64,000 nt of DNA, from positions 310,930,001-310,994,000 of the forward strand of contig OZ024742.1 in assembly GCA_964016885.1 (NCBI GenBank), given 5' to 3'. Position numbers and translations under genes: made by a program. Position 1 is the first letter of the stretch. Every line of letters starts with the position of its first letter. Below, one piece after another: positions 14,846-28,400 of this stretch. The notes under the pieces are model-generated. The model ran no database searches, was not told where the DNA came from, and worked only from the letters and a program-made list of their open reading frames with translations. This DNA is from Eledone cirrhosa. Its lineage: Eukaryota.

Positions 14846-15058
14846 GATACCATTATAGGATATGTTCATTATAGGATATGTTTATTACAGATACCATTAT
14901 AAGATATGTTCTCATCTATCCCCAGGTATCTGTAGCAGTCCTCATCAGATATCGGTGAAACAGTTTATGTATGTATGTATGTATGTATGTAATGTGTATA
15001 TATGTATATATATGTATATATATCTATATATGTATGTAATGTGTATATATATATATAC

Positions 15059-15128
<70 letters not shown>

Positions 15129-15137
15129 TACATACAT

Positions 15138-15186
<49 letters not shown>

Positions 15187-15239
15187 TCGGTTACTTGATT
15201 AATTGGACTTTGTGTCCGAAGATAGCAAGTGAGTAATAT

Positions 15240-15365
15240 TTTAGGCCGGAAGTAACGACTGCATGTATGTGCTAGCTGGGCGGGCTTTGAGTTGCGCATG
15301 TTTCGTTTCCGCTGTCTGGATGCGTCACTTGCGAAGATTTTATGCCTTTATTAATGAGGGTGAGA
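15240..15365 (+). promoter_or_regulatory. Candidate TATA-less core promoter / first non-coding exon
   Basis: CCGGAAGT (ETS, 15246), GGGCGGG (GC box, 15278), TGCGCATG (NRF1-like, 15293), TGCGTCA (CRE-like), then possible donor GAGG|GTGAGA at 15360, in non-repetitive DNA. Confidence 0.3.
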
Positions 15366-16082
15366 TATAATGACCTGTTTTGAGCAAGCTGCTCCAAGGA
15401 TTTTATGTCAATGCCCAAGGCTATCAGTTTTATTTTCAAGCTATTCTTTTAGCATTGTTTCTAGCCTCGAACTTTCTTCTTACCTATCCTAAGCTAGCCA
15501 GAGTGGTTGTGATTTGGTAAGCGCATGTTCTTTTGAGTACAACAGCGAACCTGGTTCATTTCCAACAGTATCACCCGTTGGAGTACCGCTATGTTTGCAG
15601 TGATATCTTACCAGTTAATGCACAACAACATGCAAAGACATATGGTGCAAAAATAATTTAGCTATTTGGTGTGACTGTTGTAAACATGCAATTGACTAAA
15701 GGCATAGAGAAATACCGAGAATGTTAAACAGACTTAACATCTGGAAGTCAACGTTATATGGTCTGGGATAGTAGAGGTATCAGCATTACCGCCAATCTGA
15801 ATGTCGGCCAAATTTCTCGGTACTTACTTCTAATATTCAATATATTAATCATATATATATTGTCACATGACAGTCCTTTCATTCGAAATCTTCACTGACA
15901 ACGAACGGCTAGGAATTCTTGTCTTGAATTCTATTTCTGTACAGAAAATTCTCCTGATGATTTAGGATTTCTCGCGATATTCTACTCAGAGTTTCGTTAT
16001 TTTCCTAATGAAACTGCAGTAGGGACATTAAAGTGAGTAAGTCAGGATTTTTTCTTTCTTAACTTGTTTGCTTTTCCCATAT

Positions 16083-16133
<51 letters not shown>

Positions 16134-16314
16134 CAAAGGAGGTGTGGTAAGATACCAGATAGACCATAATGCACCAGAGTACTCGATACTTAAGGTAGTA
16201 GAGTGGGTAATAGGAAATGAGTCAGGGCCCCGACGGTTGAGCTCCAGCCGTTTCAACAGCTAGATTCGGATCAGCCGTCGGGGTCCTGGCTCTTTTCCTA
16301 TATATATATAATAT

Positions 16315-16629
16315 AATTGGTGTGGGATGCTTAGAGAGTCCGTAAGCGGTAGGCCGTTTGAGCACTCGATGTTCTTACAGACCAGAGTGTGATATCATAT
16401 AAGAAACGGAGAATCAGTGTTGCGACGAATAAAATTTATTAGACATAGTACAATTGTTTCTCTGGCGACCAGCTCGAGGCAGGATCGATGTAATGATCGA
16501 ACCTGACTCTGAAATCGCAAGGTCTTCAGATACGTCTCGATTCTACGAAGCAGAGGTTCCAAAAATCGATTGTAATATGTCTAATAAATTTTATTCATCG
16601 CAACACTGATTCTTCGTTTCTTATGTGAT

Positions 16630-16637
<8 letters not shown>
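16315..16637 (-). mobile_element. pLTR-like fold-back element, same family as 3270-3630
   Basis: Inverted arms about 16393-16455 and 16569-16632; shared gcactcgat...agagtgt flank and aatcagtg terminus. Confidence 0.75.
16441..16537 (-). ncRNA. Type I hammerhead ribozyme, intact core, long stem II
   Basis: Minus strand: agacgtat-CTGAAGA-(62-nt hairpin)-GAAA-CAATTG-TA-ctatgtct; the opposite arm retains the fully pairing atatgtct. Confidence 0.75.
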
Positions 16638-16666
<29 letters not shown>

Positions 16667-17261
16667 TAACAGATTAAAGTTTAAGCAAAGAATCGCTGCT
16701 TTCAGAAATAAATTTGAGTTATATAATCTAGACATAATAGGAGCAATAAGAAGGTGCACGCATCTGTATATACATTGGTTTGCAAGTGTTGGTATGTGTG
16801 CCATATATAGAAATATTTGCTCTATGGTGTTTATATATTTGATATATATTTATCCTTATCGAGCCCTCTTTGGATTTTAGTCTTCACATTTATTATTATT
16901 AATATATATATATATGTGGGGGGGGGGTGCATATATATATATATATGATTAGTTTATTGAATATTACACGTTTTCAATGGGTGTAATTGGCCTGAAAGCT
17001 GCCTTCAAAAAGTTGATACCTGAAAGTCATGTTCATTATAGAGAGAGAGAGAGACTATGAAAGTAGTCAATCACTATAAATAATAGTCAAGTAACGTACT
17101 AGTGGTGGCAGAAAAAATTGATAGAGGCACCCCAAATACATACAGTGATCGACTATTATTATGATCATTTGCTTGAGGACCGACATATTTCAAAGCTATA
17201 TATGTGTGTTTGTTTATATATATATATATATACAAATGTATATAATGTGATATGATGTGTA

Positions 17262-17372
17262 TATATGTGTGACGCACTGTGAGTGTATATATGTGTGACG
17301 CACTGTGAGTGTGTATATGTGTGACGCACTGTGAGTGTATATATGTGTGACGCACTGTGAGTGTGTATATGT
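17262..17372. repeat. About 25-bp minisatellite (tatatgtgtgacgcactgtgagtg) x4
   Basis: Directly visible. Confidence 0.9.
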
Positions 17373-17637
17373 GCGCAGTAATAGATTCAAAGCCACTCTT
17401 GTTGACAGAAATACTATGCCATGTGTTAAAATAAATTTGAGTTATATAATCTATACATAATAGGAGCAATAAGAAGGTGCACGCATCTGTATATACACTG
17501 GTTTGCAAGTGTTGGTATGTGTGCCATATATAGAAATGCATATATAAACATGTATATATGTATGTGTGCATGTGTACATAGATACACAGACATGTCTGTT
17601 TATATATACAAACACATTTATACAACTATGTGTATAC

Positions 17638-17679
<42 letters not shown>

Positions 17680-17738
17680 CATATATACATGAATACTCAT
17701 TTATATTTATGTGTGCACATATACATAGATATACAAAC

Positions 17739-17786
<48 letters not shown>

Positions 17787-17800
17787 ATATATATATATAT

Positions 17801-17838
<38 letters not shown>

Positions 17839-18243
17839 GTGTATATATACAAGAGACAAACGGTGGTCACAACGAAGATTAAAACTGCCGACTACAGGAT
17901 TAGTACTCAAGGAACAAAAACATCAAAGACCTACGAAGAAAGGCGACGCAGCTTACATATCTAAAATATACAGACGATATTTATCTGCTATTTCTTAACA
18001 CTATTTAGTGAACCTGTGACTAGACTGTCACTTTATCAATTTCTATGTTGGTAAGCACATTTATCATTTATGATGTAATGTAGTTTATGGCTGAGAATGA
18101 TGGTTGGGATTTATAGGTTAGTTTACAGAGCAGTGTAGTTTGCATATTCATGGTTTCTATCCTATTACCTGCTGAAAAGGCCTGTGTATGTGGGATGAGT
18201 ATGTGTGCCCGTGTGACTGTGTGCATCAGTCATGTGTATATAT

Positions 18244-18534
18244 CAGGCATGGACAACCTTTTTCGAGAAGCGGGCCACATAAGATATAGTTCATCATCAG
18301 GCGGGCCGCAGGCGCTAATTTACATTCGTGCCCACATTAAAAAAAGGATGGTAACTCAGGTTGTTTTGATTTGTTTCTCCAGAATTCGTCCACGTTTTTT
18401 TTACTAGATCGTAAAAATGATAGAAAGATAAATTACGACTGAAAATTTGGGGTAAAAAAATTAGAAAGATTTCACATAGGTGACTGAGGCGAGCCATTCA
18501 GAAAGCTTCGCGGGCCGCAGGTTGCCTATGACTG
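18244..18534. mobile_element. hAT (Charlie-like) MITE
   Basis: TIRs CAGGCATGGACAACC / GGTTGCCTATGACTG, subterminal GCGGGCC motifs, 8-bp TSD gtatatat. Confidence 0.85.
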
Positions 18535-19372
18535 GTATATATACTTGGCAATATTGCATTCATTTATCCAAACACTACAACGTGTGCTCAACAGTTCCAT
18601 GATGTCACCTCTCTCTGTCTATTCCTTCGTTACTTGAACCACGTCCGCTCCCTTGACGTAGTGTAATGCATACCACCATCTCCAGCATCTCGCCTCCTTA
18701 ACACCTGCATTTTCTCTTCTCGTTCCCTATCCTGTATTTCACTCCCCAGATACTGCACTAACTACTACCCTATTCCATCACTCTTGAGCATCAATATCCT
18801 TCAATCCTTCCTTTAACACGGTTTTCATACGTACTTCACTTGAAGATCTTCGAGAGTATGGTGCTATTTTCTTCTCCAGACAAAGTTATATTTATGTTTC
18901 TAGATGCGGAATAACATAGTAGATAATATATTAGATTACGTGTTCATATTTTGTAAATTCGAATCCTTCATAGACGTTTCGTTGTGTTTCTTGGCATAGC
19001 TGTATATTCTACTTTGCTTTAGTTCCATTAATCTTGTTAATAGATTGTCTATTTCGAAATGCGTCTGCAGAGAATGGAAAGATCTTTCATATACAATTAG
19101 AAATATTTAATTATAATCTTGTTTCATTTTAAACAGGGATTTTCTCTACCCTTGAAACAGAAATTTCCCACAGAAAAATGGAATTAACTCTTTGAACTAG
19201 AAAAATGGGAGGTGATGAATGTTATAACGTCTCTCTGATTTACTGAAGCTAACCTATATAGATTTTCATCGCCGTTCTTGGCGCACCTATCTAATACTTC
19301 TGATGAATCGAGGGTAACCACAGTTAGTAAGGTACTCAATACATTAGCATACATTAGTAGAGTATAAACATG

Positions 19373-19412
<40 letters not shown>

Positions 19413-19415
19413 ATA

Positions 19416-20619
19416 TAACAATATATTTAGAAACACACAGATACATGCGGACACACACATATATACATGAATGCATCCGCACCCAACTGTGAGTTAAGGG
19501 TGCCAACTTCACCGATGTTGCTCAATGAATGACCGGGACAGACCAATTCAGTTGAACTAGACTGAACCAGTATCAGAGTTAAAAATACATTATGAAGAGA
19601 GAAGAAACATTTAGATATAATTAGTAATAAAATGTATCATACCTAAACTGCTCCTAAATTCCTCGACTACGTAGTTTCGTGGCATAAACAAAAACAGTAT
19701 ATCATAAAGATATAGAGTCCCTGCGAGGTCTGCCGACTTATCAAGAGGATACCTCATTTTACTAGTCTCAAGAACGCGTCTACACGACGTGAGAAAGAAT
19801 CCCAAAAGGCGGAGGGGGAGATAGTCACGCGATATAACGGTCGAGAAACAGAGCTAAGCCTCTTATAACCACGAAGAAAATACCACGGAGGCGGAGGGGG
19901 TATTCATATCGAGGCCGCAGAAGAGGTGGTGGAGAAGGCTAGAAGTATGAGTAATGGAAGCTTCCAGTTTAGGTATGATACATTTTATTACTAATTATAT
20001 CTAAATGTTTCTTCTCTCTTCATAATGTATTTTTAACTCTGATACTGGTTCAGTCTAGTTCAACTGAATTGGTCTGTCCCGGTCATTCATTGAGCAACAT
20101 CGGTGAAGTTGGCACCCTTAACTCACAGTTGGGTGCGGATGCATTCATGTATATATGTGTGTGTCCGCATGTATCTGTGTGTTTCTAAATATATTGTTAA
20201 TAACTCCCTCTGGTCGAGCAATCTTTGAGGTGTGGGGACAACTGGAAAGCTTCCATTACTCATACTTCTAGCCTTCTTCACCACCTCTTCTGCGGCCTCG
20301 ATATGAATACCCCCTCCGCCTCCGTGGTATTTTCTTCGTGGTTATAAGAGGCTTAGCTCTGTTTCTCGACCGTTATATCGCGTGACTATCTCCCCCTCCG
20401 CCTTTTGGGATTCTTTCTCACGTCGTGTAGACGCGTTCTTGAGACTAGTAAAATGAGGTATCCTCTTGATAAGTCGGCAGACCTCGCAGGGACTCTATAT
20501 CTTTATGATATACTGTTTTTGTTTATGCCACGAAACTACGTAGTCGAGGAATTTAGGAGCAGTTTAGGTATGATACATTTTATTACTAATTATATCTAAA
20601 TGTTTCTTCTCTCTTCATA

Positions 20620-20625
<6 letters not shown>
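19416..20625. mobile_element. Inverted plus circularly permuted 595-bp HHR-bearing unit
   Basis: Minus copy 19416-19969; plus copy 19965-20625 with period 595; HHR motifs at 19660-19749 (-) and 20461-20550 (+): tcctc-TTGATAA-gtcggca...tgccac-GAAA-CTACGTAG-TC-gagga. Confidence 0.75.
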
Positions 20626-20674
<49 letters not shown>

Positions 20675-20766
20675 CACATATATATATATACATATACACA
20701 TATATACACATATATGTATATATGTGTATATATGTGTATATGTGTATATATATATATATGTATATT

Positions 20767-20833
<67 letters not shown>

Positions 20834-20932
20834 GTGTGTGTATGTATGTGTATGTGTATATATATATGTGTGTATATGTATGTATTTATATGTATGTGTG
20901 TGCATATGTGTGTATATGTATATATATATGTA

Positions 20933-20976
<44 letters not shown>

Positions 20977-21383
20977 AATAATGATGGCTGCGCGTTGCAA
21001 ATGGTGGTGCATATATATATATGTATATATGTGTATGTGTGTATTTATGTATGTGTATGTATATGTATGTGTATATATATGTGTATATGTGTGTGTATAT
21101 TTGTATATATGTGTATATATATATATATGTGCGTGTGTGTATGTGTATATGTATGTGTATGTGTATATATATATGTATATATATATGTGTATATATGTGT
21201 ATATATATGTATATATGTGTATATATGTGTGTATATATGTGTATATATATATATATATATATGTATATGTGTATATATATGTGTATATATATATGTATAT
21301 ATATATCTGTATATATGTGTGTATGTGTGGATATATGTGTATATATGTGTATATATATGTATATATGTGTGTATATGTGTGTA

Positions 21384-21426
<43 letters not shown>

Positions 21427-21521
21427 GTGTATATATATGTATATATATGTATATATATATGTGTATATATATGTGTGTATGTGTGTATATATGTGTATAT
21501 ATGTGTATATATATGTATATA

Positions 21522-21570
<49 letters not shown>

Positions 21571-21585
21571 GTATATATGTATATA

Positions 21586-21617
<32 letters not shown>
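20620..21617. repeat. Compound (TA)/(TG)/(TATG) microsatellite
   Basis: Directly visible; source of spurious YI/CV ORFs. Confidence 0.95.
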
Positions 21618-21739
21618 AGAGAATATTGAAGTTTGCTTGAAGCATTGTGGAATAATAAGGTAAATTTCTTTAAGTCGTTTGGAAGCCTCTACAATGCAGA
21701 TGGGTAAATCTTCGGGTAACAAGATCCGGTGGTGGAGAG

Positions 21740-22047
21740 AGAGATGTAAATGGGTGTGTCTTGTATAAGATAGAATGTGCAACCAATACTATATAGGTAG
21801 CACAATCCGGCCGTTGCACATCCGGCCGTTGCACATCCGGATCAAGGAGCACACTAACACCAGGGCCTCCTCTTTCCGGAAACACATAGCCAAATGCGGA
21901 AACAAAGACGGAAGGCCCATTGTCACAATTCTAGCGACAGAAATAAATGTCGGCACATTACGTATCAAGGAAGCACTTTGGATCAAACGCCTAGGGCCAC
22001 AATTAAACAACCGATCCAAGAGATTCGAAATGAGGTGGTTGGTTTAA
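21740..22047 (+). pseudogene. Penelope-like element GIY-YIG endonuclease fragment
   Basis: VLYKIEC / CNQYYIGSTIRPLHIR(PLHIR)IKEH...LRIKEALWIKRLGPQLN; frameshift and a 15-bp internal duplication. Confidence 0.85.
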
Positions 22048-22417
22048 GTTAACAAACGATGCAGCAACACACGCACACACACACACAAGCGAGACAGCAA
22101 CACACGCACACACACACACAGTAGCATTCCACCATACGAACATATTACACTGCCAATACAGAGGTACAAGGTAACAACAGACGCACACACACACACTCAA
22201 GCGAGGTAACAACACACGCACACACACACACAGTAACATTCACCAAACAGTCAGAGAATACTATGGACTGACAGCTAGCGCCACCCCACTCTCACAATAC
22301 TTTTATACTCTGCTATGTATTGAGTACCTTACTTACTGTGGTTAGCTCCGATTCAAACCGGAATAACGTATATATATATATATATATATATACTTATATA
22401 TACATATATATATAGTA

Positions 22418-22605
22418 ATTGTTTCTACATTTGGCACAAGGCCAGCAATTATATCAGTGTATTACTGGTACTTTATTTTATCGACCCCGTAAGGATGAAA
22501 GGCAAAGTTAACCTCGGCGGTATTTGAACTCAGTCCGTAAAGGGACATAACTGTGCTGTAAAGCACGGCGTCCGACCCTCTACCGATACTGCCAATCCAC
22601 CGCCC
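22418..22605 (-). mobile_element. SINE family A, near full length
   Basis: Closely matches 2188-2375. Confidence 0.85.
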
Positions 22606-22757
22606 TATATATATAGTAATAATAATAAATGTGAAGACTAAAATCTGAAGAGGGCTCGATAAGGATTATATATATAAATATATATAAAAACCGTAGAGCA
22701 AATATTTATTAAAATAACAGATTAGAGTTTAAGCAAAGAACCGCTGCTTTCACCCTA

Positions 22758-22832
<75 letters not shown>

Positions 22833-23380
22833 AAGAAGATCTGACTATACCAGTGCGCCTCTATAATTCGTACAAAAACGCATAATGTGGATACATTTGT
22901 TTCGACAAAGCCGTACCCTTACATTTATTTATATATATTTATATAGATGTGTGTGTATGTAGGTTTAACGATATAAAATGGAAAAATGATACACCGATAC
23001 TATTATATGTAGTGACTGTTTGTAGCGGGGTTTCCTGTATGAATATATATATATGTTACTGGAGAATTAAGAGGTCGCAAAATTAGACAAAACCAACGCT
23101 ATATAATGCAAAACATACAGTGAACATGACGAAACAGATACATAATGCACAAGACATAAATCACGTTCTTTCGAACACAAAACACACCCAGTATAACAAC
23201 AACCAAATCTACAGCAATTACCAGTAGGGGGCCGTTGGGCATTAGCATGTTGCAGCCGTCAGATAAGGTAGATTCCATATGAATACAACCACGTTAGGTC
23301 ATTGACATTGCACTCGCCCAGAATCAGAAGAATCACATACAAAGAAACGTGTGTGTGTATGCTTGTACTATATACATACA

Positions 23381-23480
<100 letters not shown>

Positions 23481-23511
23481 AGAAAAACCACAGACCCTCC
23501 ATCTCAACTCA

Positions 23512-23549
23512 CCTTTTGAAAAGCAGAAGAACTGCGAAACCGGTAAAGG
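23512..23549 (+). ncRNA. Decayed minimal hammerhead in a short TA-flanked element (about 23478-23692)
   Basis: cctt-TTGAAAA(two changes from CTGAAGA)-gcag-aagaa-ctgc-GAAA-CCGG-TA-aagg; all three stems pair. Confidence 0.6.
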
Positions 23550-23686
23550 AACCAAATAAATATATATATTTTTAAAAAAAATAAGACTAAGACTTCAGTT
23601 GCATTTTCGATTTCATCCCTTTTTCTTTATACTTCCACTCGTGTAGGACACCTCGGTTATTTTTCATTTTGTAAAAAAAACCTCAC

Positions 23687-23768
<82 letters not shown>

Positions 23769-24040
23769 TTCAAGAGTAACCAATCTTAAAGAGAGAGATG
23801 GAGATAGGAGAGGAGATATGAGAGGAAAGATTGGTGAGTTAGTTAGAAGCCAAAGCGTAAAGGCATGTGCTCAATGTGCAATATGCAGTAGAAAGCAGCT
23901 AGGTGGCTGGGTTCATGCAGAGGTTAGGTGCGCAGAGCTGGAAATATTCATTAGTTAAGCAAAACAAGACCACATATTTCACAAGGAAGACATTATTAAA
24001 AGATTGTCAACATATTTTAGTTTGATGTAAGGAATGTAGA

Positions 24041-24115
<75 letters not shown>

Positions 24116-24280
24116 GGGAAGAAGACGCACGAGGTGACGGAGGTCATGAAATCGCTCCCGTAAGTTTTGAATTTTTAACATATTTAAATCATTTGTGAAA
24201 TAACAACTCTTAGTACAAATGCTACGTAAAGCACCCGGCTTGAGCCCCAAAAAAATTCGGACCCAAAATATATTGTTATA

Positions 24281-24923
24281 AGGCTCAAATATTCAAATAT
24301 TCAACTTTGTATTGTACACTGTATATCCAAAAAAAAATGGCTATAAATGGAAGAAGAAGAACCCCCCCCCCTCCTCTCCTCTGGCTACACTATATAGGAC
24401 AGCTAAACTCACCAACACCAGAAACTAGATACACCACCCACTCCATCATCTGTGTACACTAAACACAACAGCATTTTCACCTTCACCGCCACCGCTCACT
24501 ACGGCCATCATTACCACCACTATCCCATCACCGCCGCCACCACCCCTTGACTCCTTCACTGCTGCTGCCACCGCTACAGCACCATCACTACAGTAATACG
24601 GCTCAAATATTCAAATATTCAACTTTGTATTGTACACTGTATATCCAAAAAAAAATAAAATGGCTATAAATGGAAGAAGACGAACCCCCCCCCTCCTCTC
24701 CTCTGGCTACACTATATAGGACAGCGAAACTCACCAACACCAGAAACTAGATACACCACCCACCCCATCATCTGTGTACACTAAACACAACAGCATTTTC
24801 ACCTTCACCGCCACCGCTCACTACGGCCATCATTACCACCACTATCCCATCACCGCCGCCACCACCCCCTGACTCCTTCACTGCTGCTGCCACCGCTACA
24901 GCACCATCACTACAGTAATACGG
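24281..24923. repeat. About 320-bp tandem duplication
   Basis: ggctcaaatattcaaatattc...cagtaatacgg present twice, near identical. Confidence 0.9.
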
Positions 24924-25492
24924 TCGCATCACCGCCACCACTGCCTCGGTATCGACATCACCACCACCACTGTCTCAGTATCGCCAACGCCGCCAGTCTC
25001 TGCTGGCTACCACTTCCACATTATAGAATTCCTACTACTAACAAAGAGGAAGGCATCAAAATATATAGATAGACTCAAAAGAAAAAAGAAAAAACAAACA
25101 ACAAAAGCAGCACAGCAACAACAGTAAAAAACGAGAAAAACAGAGAAAAACAAAAACAAAAAAAGAAACCCCAAAAACGTAAAGAAAATAAGAATGAAGA
25201 GAGAAGCAGGCGGACGGGCAGAGAAGAGGGGGGGAAAAGTAAAACTTAAAAAACAAAAACTAAGTCAGACATTCGAATACTACATTACAATGAAACTTAT
25301 GCTTATTCATTTTTGGGGCCCTTTCTGCCCGTGTGTTTGTTTGTTTATGTGTGTCCGTATACAGCGTGGTGATAATGCCACACAAGGGCCAAGTGGGATG
25401 GCGGATCCACAGATGGCTATGTAAACATACATTCGCCAATCCTCGATAAGAGTGTTTAAATATCGAACATAAACAGTTCGAATAACGGTGAA

Positions 25493-28400
25493 ATGGAGAC
25501 TAGAACGTCATGTGACAGACTCTCACCCAACAGGTGCCCCCTGGCTCAGCAGCAGGAACCTGACTGTCAACCAAATACTGCTGATGTTGGAGGAAGAAGA
25601 AGAAGGAAAGGGGCCAGAACCAACTGGACGAAAGAATTGAATAGAACTGTTATGCAATGCTACCTGAAAAGTAACCCCAAGGAGAGGGGCTACAGGAGAC
25701 GGATGCATAACATCTGGAACGAGATTGGTTTATTTAAATTAGATGAACAAAAATTGGCCGGGCAGGCTCGGGTAATAAGAACTAATGGGTGGATAAGCGA
25801 GCTGGAACTGGAGGAACTGAGCAGAGAGAATGGCTTGGAGATGGCGGGTGTAGTATGCCAGACAAGCGAGCCGGCGGGAAATGAAGGTGAGGAGGTCCTG
25901 AGAACGGAGGAGCCACCCGAAGCAGACAATGATCTGAATACTGAGATAAATAATACCTGGAACAGAGATACGGCCACTGAGGAGATGAATGCTGACGGGC
26001 TAGGACAAGATTCGGTTGACATCCTAAATTTAGTGGTAGATGAGTTGAACAATGATAGTGGGAGACCTATGAACCTAAGATTTGTAGACAGGAAAAAGTT
26101 AAAAGAAACAACAGCTAAGGTAAACAAAGTCATCCCATACCTTGAGGCGAGGAGTCTTCACCAGTGCAACAATATCCTCAAAGCAACAGCAAATACGGTG
26201 AGGAAACTACTTGGTATAAAAGCGAGAGGAAACAACAGACAAGAAAGAGCAGAGCCGTGGTGGAAGAAGCGACTGAGTGGGCAAATCGGGGAAATGAGAA
26301 ATGACATAGGAAAGCTTGAGTCACTACTGAATGGGACACTAAAAAACATAGGCACTAAAAATAGACTGGAAATAAAATACAAAACTAGGAGTAAAAAGCT
26401 AAATATTATCATAGAGGAATTGAAGCAACGCATTGTAGCAAAGAGTGCCAAAATCAGGCGATACGAGAACAGAGTCAGTCAGTATAAACAGAACCGCATG
26501 CTCGACAACAACCAGAAGATGCTGTTTGGACAGCTTGAGGGGAAAGAAAGAGGCAACGACTTGATCCCTGGGGCGGAACAAGCTAAAACATTCTGGAGAG
26601 GAATATGGGAGCAGGATGTTAGACACAATGCCCAGGCAGGGTGGATTGAGACAGAACAGAGGGAGATCGGTGAGCAGGCACAGCAACAGACTGATTTGAG
26701 TATCACAGTTGAAACTCTTAAGGGGCAAGCCAAAAAACTAACCAACTGGAAATCACCAGGCCCAGATGGTGTGCAGGGGTATTGGATTAAACATTTAACA
26801 TCCCTCCACCCGAAGCTGACGGCCATGTTCAATGACTGCTTGGTGTCGGGTGAGGTGCCAGAGTGGTTGACAAAAGGTACCACAGTTCTGATAATGAAAG
26901 ACCGAATCAAGGGTAATGATGTTACCAACTATAGACCTATCACATGTCTGCCCGTAATGTGGAAACTGTTGACGAGCATTGTGTCTGAGGAAATCTACCG
27001 TCACCTCCACACAAACAACTTGTTGCCGGACGAACAGAAAGGATGCCGAAAGAAGTCACGTGGTACAAAGGACCAGTTGCTTATTGATAAGATGGTAATG
27101 GGGAATTGCAGGAGGGGACACACTGATCTTGCCATGGGATGGATAGACTACAGAAAGGCATTTGACATGGTGCCTCATTCCTGGATCACCAAAAGCCTGG
27201 AGATCTTCAGGGTGGCAGATAACATCAGACAGTTGCTGGGCAGGAGTATGGGGTCCTGGGAGACAGAGTTGACATCAACTGGAGTATCCTTGGGAAGCGT
27301 GAAGATCAAGAGAGGTATCTTCCAGGGAGATAGCCTGTCCCCTCTGTTGTTTGTCCTTGCCCTGATGCCCTTGACCATTATGCTGCGAAAAGTGAGAGCG
27401 GGATACAAGTTGGGAAGGGGAGAGCTTACCATCAATCACCTCCTCTTCATGGACGATCTTAAGCTCTTCGGGAAAAGTGAGAAGGAGTTGGATGTGCTTG
27501 TTGACACTGTCCGTATTTTCAGCAGTGATATATGTATGCAGTTTGGTATTGGTAAATGTGGAGTCATTGTGATGAAGAGGGGTAGGTTGAGCAGAAGTAA
27601 CGGGATCCAGATACCAACAGGTGAGATGATAAAGGAAATTGACTCTGAGGAAGGATACAAGTATTTGGGCGTTCTGGAGGCTGATGACATAAAGAACAAA
27701 AAAATGAAGGAATTGTTAAGAACTGAATACATTCGGAGAGTAAGGAGCGTATTGAAGTCACATCTGAACAGCAGAAATGCCATAAGCGCAGTAAATTCCC
27801 GAGCTGTGTCTATTATTAGGTACAGTGCGGGAATTCTGAGATGGAATGTTGCTGAACAAAAAGAAATGGATAGGAAGACTAGGAAGCTATTGACTATCTA
27901 CAACATGTTCCACAAGAGGAGTGATGTCGATAGACTCTACCTAAGGAGATCTGAGGGTGGAAGAGGTCTTATCAGCATAGAGGACTGTGTTCAGATGGAG
28001 AAAAACAACCTATACAAATACGTGACCTATAGTAAGGAGCCAATGCTCAGAGCTGTACTGAAGGAGGGGACAGTAGGCCAGGGGATACCCAAGGAGGAAA
28101 TAACATCAAGGAGGAAGAGCAGCCTTAAGGGAAAATCCCTTCATAGTACCTTCTTTGAGAAAACTGAATTTAGAGATCCACAGACATGGAACTGGTTGAG
28201 AAGAGGAGACCTCAAAAAGGCTACAGAAGGAATGCTAATGGCTGCGCAGGAGCAGGCCCTCATAACGAAGTGGTTGAAGCACCATATCTACAAGGAGGAG
28301 GCTAGCCCACTGTGCAGGATCTGTGGAGAGAGAGAGGAGACTGTGGCTCACATTGTGTCCGAGTGTAAACACCTAGCCCAGACCCACTATAAGGGCTGGA

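Noticed and set aside
25340-25492. HDV-like ribozyme in the Dong 5' UTR
   Set aside because: Short hairpins are visible but I could not fit the pseudoknot; the 5' boundary is itself uncertain.
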